Shown: positions 54,685 through 55,505 of the stretch, one piece after another
Layout of the letters: every line of letters starts with the position of its first letter
How positions within the stretch are numbered: position 1 is the first letter of the stretch
Virus record (IMG/VR): IMGVR_UViG_3300049259_000022
Span: 1-55,505 of that record
DNA: 55,505 nucleotides
Source: a virus
Lineage: Duplodnaviria; Caudoviricetes
Strand: one strand, 5' to 3'
Translations under genes and position numbers: made by a program
The notes under the pieces: model-generated
Databases searched by the model: none
The model's input: the letters and a program-made list of their open reading frames with translations, nothing else
Told to the model about the DNA's origin: nothing

Positions 54685-55505
54685 GTGCAGGGCTACATGA
54701 ACATTACCGTTCGTGTTGCGGCAGCTCGAGCCCAGGCGCAACTGAAGGCGCTTCAGGGCCAGGTCGCTTCCCTTGAGAAGGAACTCGGGAAGGGCAGTTC
54801 TGCAGCCGGTGGCTTCATCGGAGATAAGCACATCTCCGCGATGGCCAAGTGGGGTAATCAGGTCCAATGGACTGGCAGACAGATCAGTTACAACTTTACT
54901 CTGCCACTCGCTATCGCTGCTGGCGCTGCCGTAAAGTGGCAGCTTGCAAACGAGAAGGCCTTCACGCAAGTCCAGAAGGTCTATGGCGACACGCAGGCTG
55001 CTGCTGCCTTCTACATGAAGACCCAGAAGGGTCTTTCGCAGGAGATGGCAAACCAGAAGGCCACTGAGACATTCAATAACGAGCTCACTGCCCTTCAGAA
55101 GAACTTCAAGGCACTGAGTAATTACTACGGCGTAAACCAGGCCGAAGTAATTAACGTCGCCGCAGCTTGGGCTGCCGCTGGAGCGTCCGGTAAGGATCTC
55201 GCGGTAGCGACCGAGGCTACTATGAAGGCGATCATCCTCGGTGATATGGACTCGGCCTCTGCTACGCAGGCCTTGATTTCCATTCAGTCGCAGTATCAGC
55301 TGAACAGCGAAGAGTTGATGAAGACTCTTGCTCAGCTGAACGCAGTTGAGAACCAGACCGGCATTAGTATGCAGGGTCTGATTGAAGGCTTTGAGCGTGC
55401 AGCTGGAACGGCTCGGACGGCTGGAGTTTCCACTCGAGAACTCGCCGCCATGCTGGCCGCCCTCACGCCTGCTACCGGTTCCGCAGCCAATGCCGGTAAC
55501 GCACT
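54685..55505 (+). CDS. tape measure protein (N-terminal part, truncated)
   Basis: GTG 54685 after GAGGAG; open to the window end; FTLPLAIAAGAAVK..EKAFTQVQKV pattern of TP901-type tape measures. Confidence 0.9.
   Translation, partial: MQGYMNITVRVAAARAQAQLKALQGQVASLEKELGKGSSAAGGFIGDKHISAMAKWGNQVQWTGRQISYNFTLPLAIAAGAAVKWQLANEKAFTQVQKVYGDTQAAAAFYMKTQKGLSQEMANQKATETFNNELTALQKNFKALSNYYGVNQAEVINVAAAWAAAGASGKDLAVATEATMKAIILGDMDSASATQALISIQSQYQLNSEELMKTLAQLNAVENQTGISMQGLIEGFERAAGTARTAGVSTRELAAMLAALTPATGSAANAGNA

Overview
The window is part of the genome of a high-GC tailed dsDNA phage with siphovirus-type gene order; an actinobacterial host is inferred from composition, promoter style and gene families. 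Bases 1-41.2 kb are almost all leftward: a truncated DNA methyltransferase, RusA-like resolvase, beta-clamp, oligoribonuclease, SNF2 helicase, MazG-like protein, SSB-like protein, XerC/D-like recombinase, a MoxR/CobS AAA plus vWA pair, three tRNAs (Met, Pro, Gly), lipoproteins, many small Cys-rich ORFs and a split AEP primase / Zn-finger-helicase. From 41.46 kb a rightward virion operon runs from terminase through portal, protease/scaffold, capsid, neck, tail tube and frameshifted chaperone into the tape measure gene. The most unusual part is 32.6-37.0 kb. It holds a ~3.6 kb block almost free of GAAG/CTTC on both strands, an 11-copy array of a TTGC-N5-GCAA palindrome that also occurs at several promoters, a symmetric dif-like site inside that array, and an AT-rich origin-like segment. 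Three proteins share a winged-helix-like motif, several non-coding stretches look like structured RNAs, and the tRNA-Met is atypical. All motif counts and folds were done by eye and need computational confirmation.
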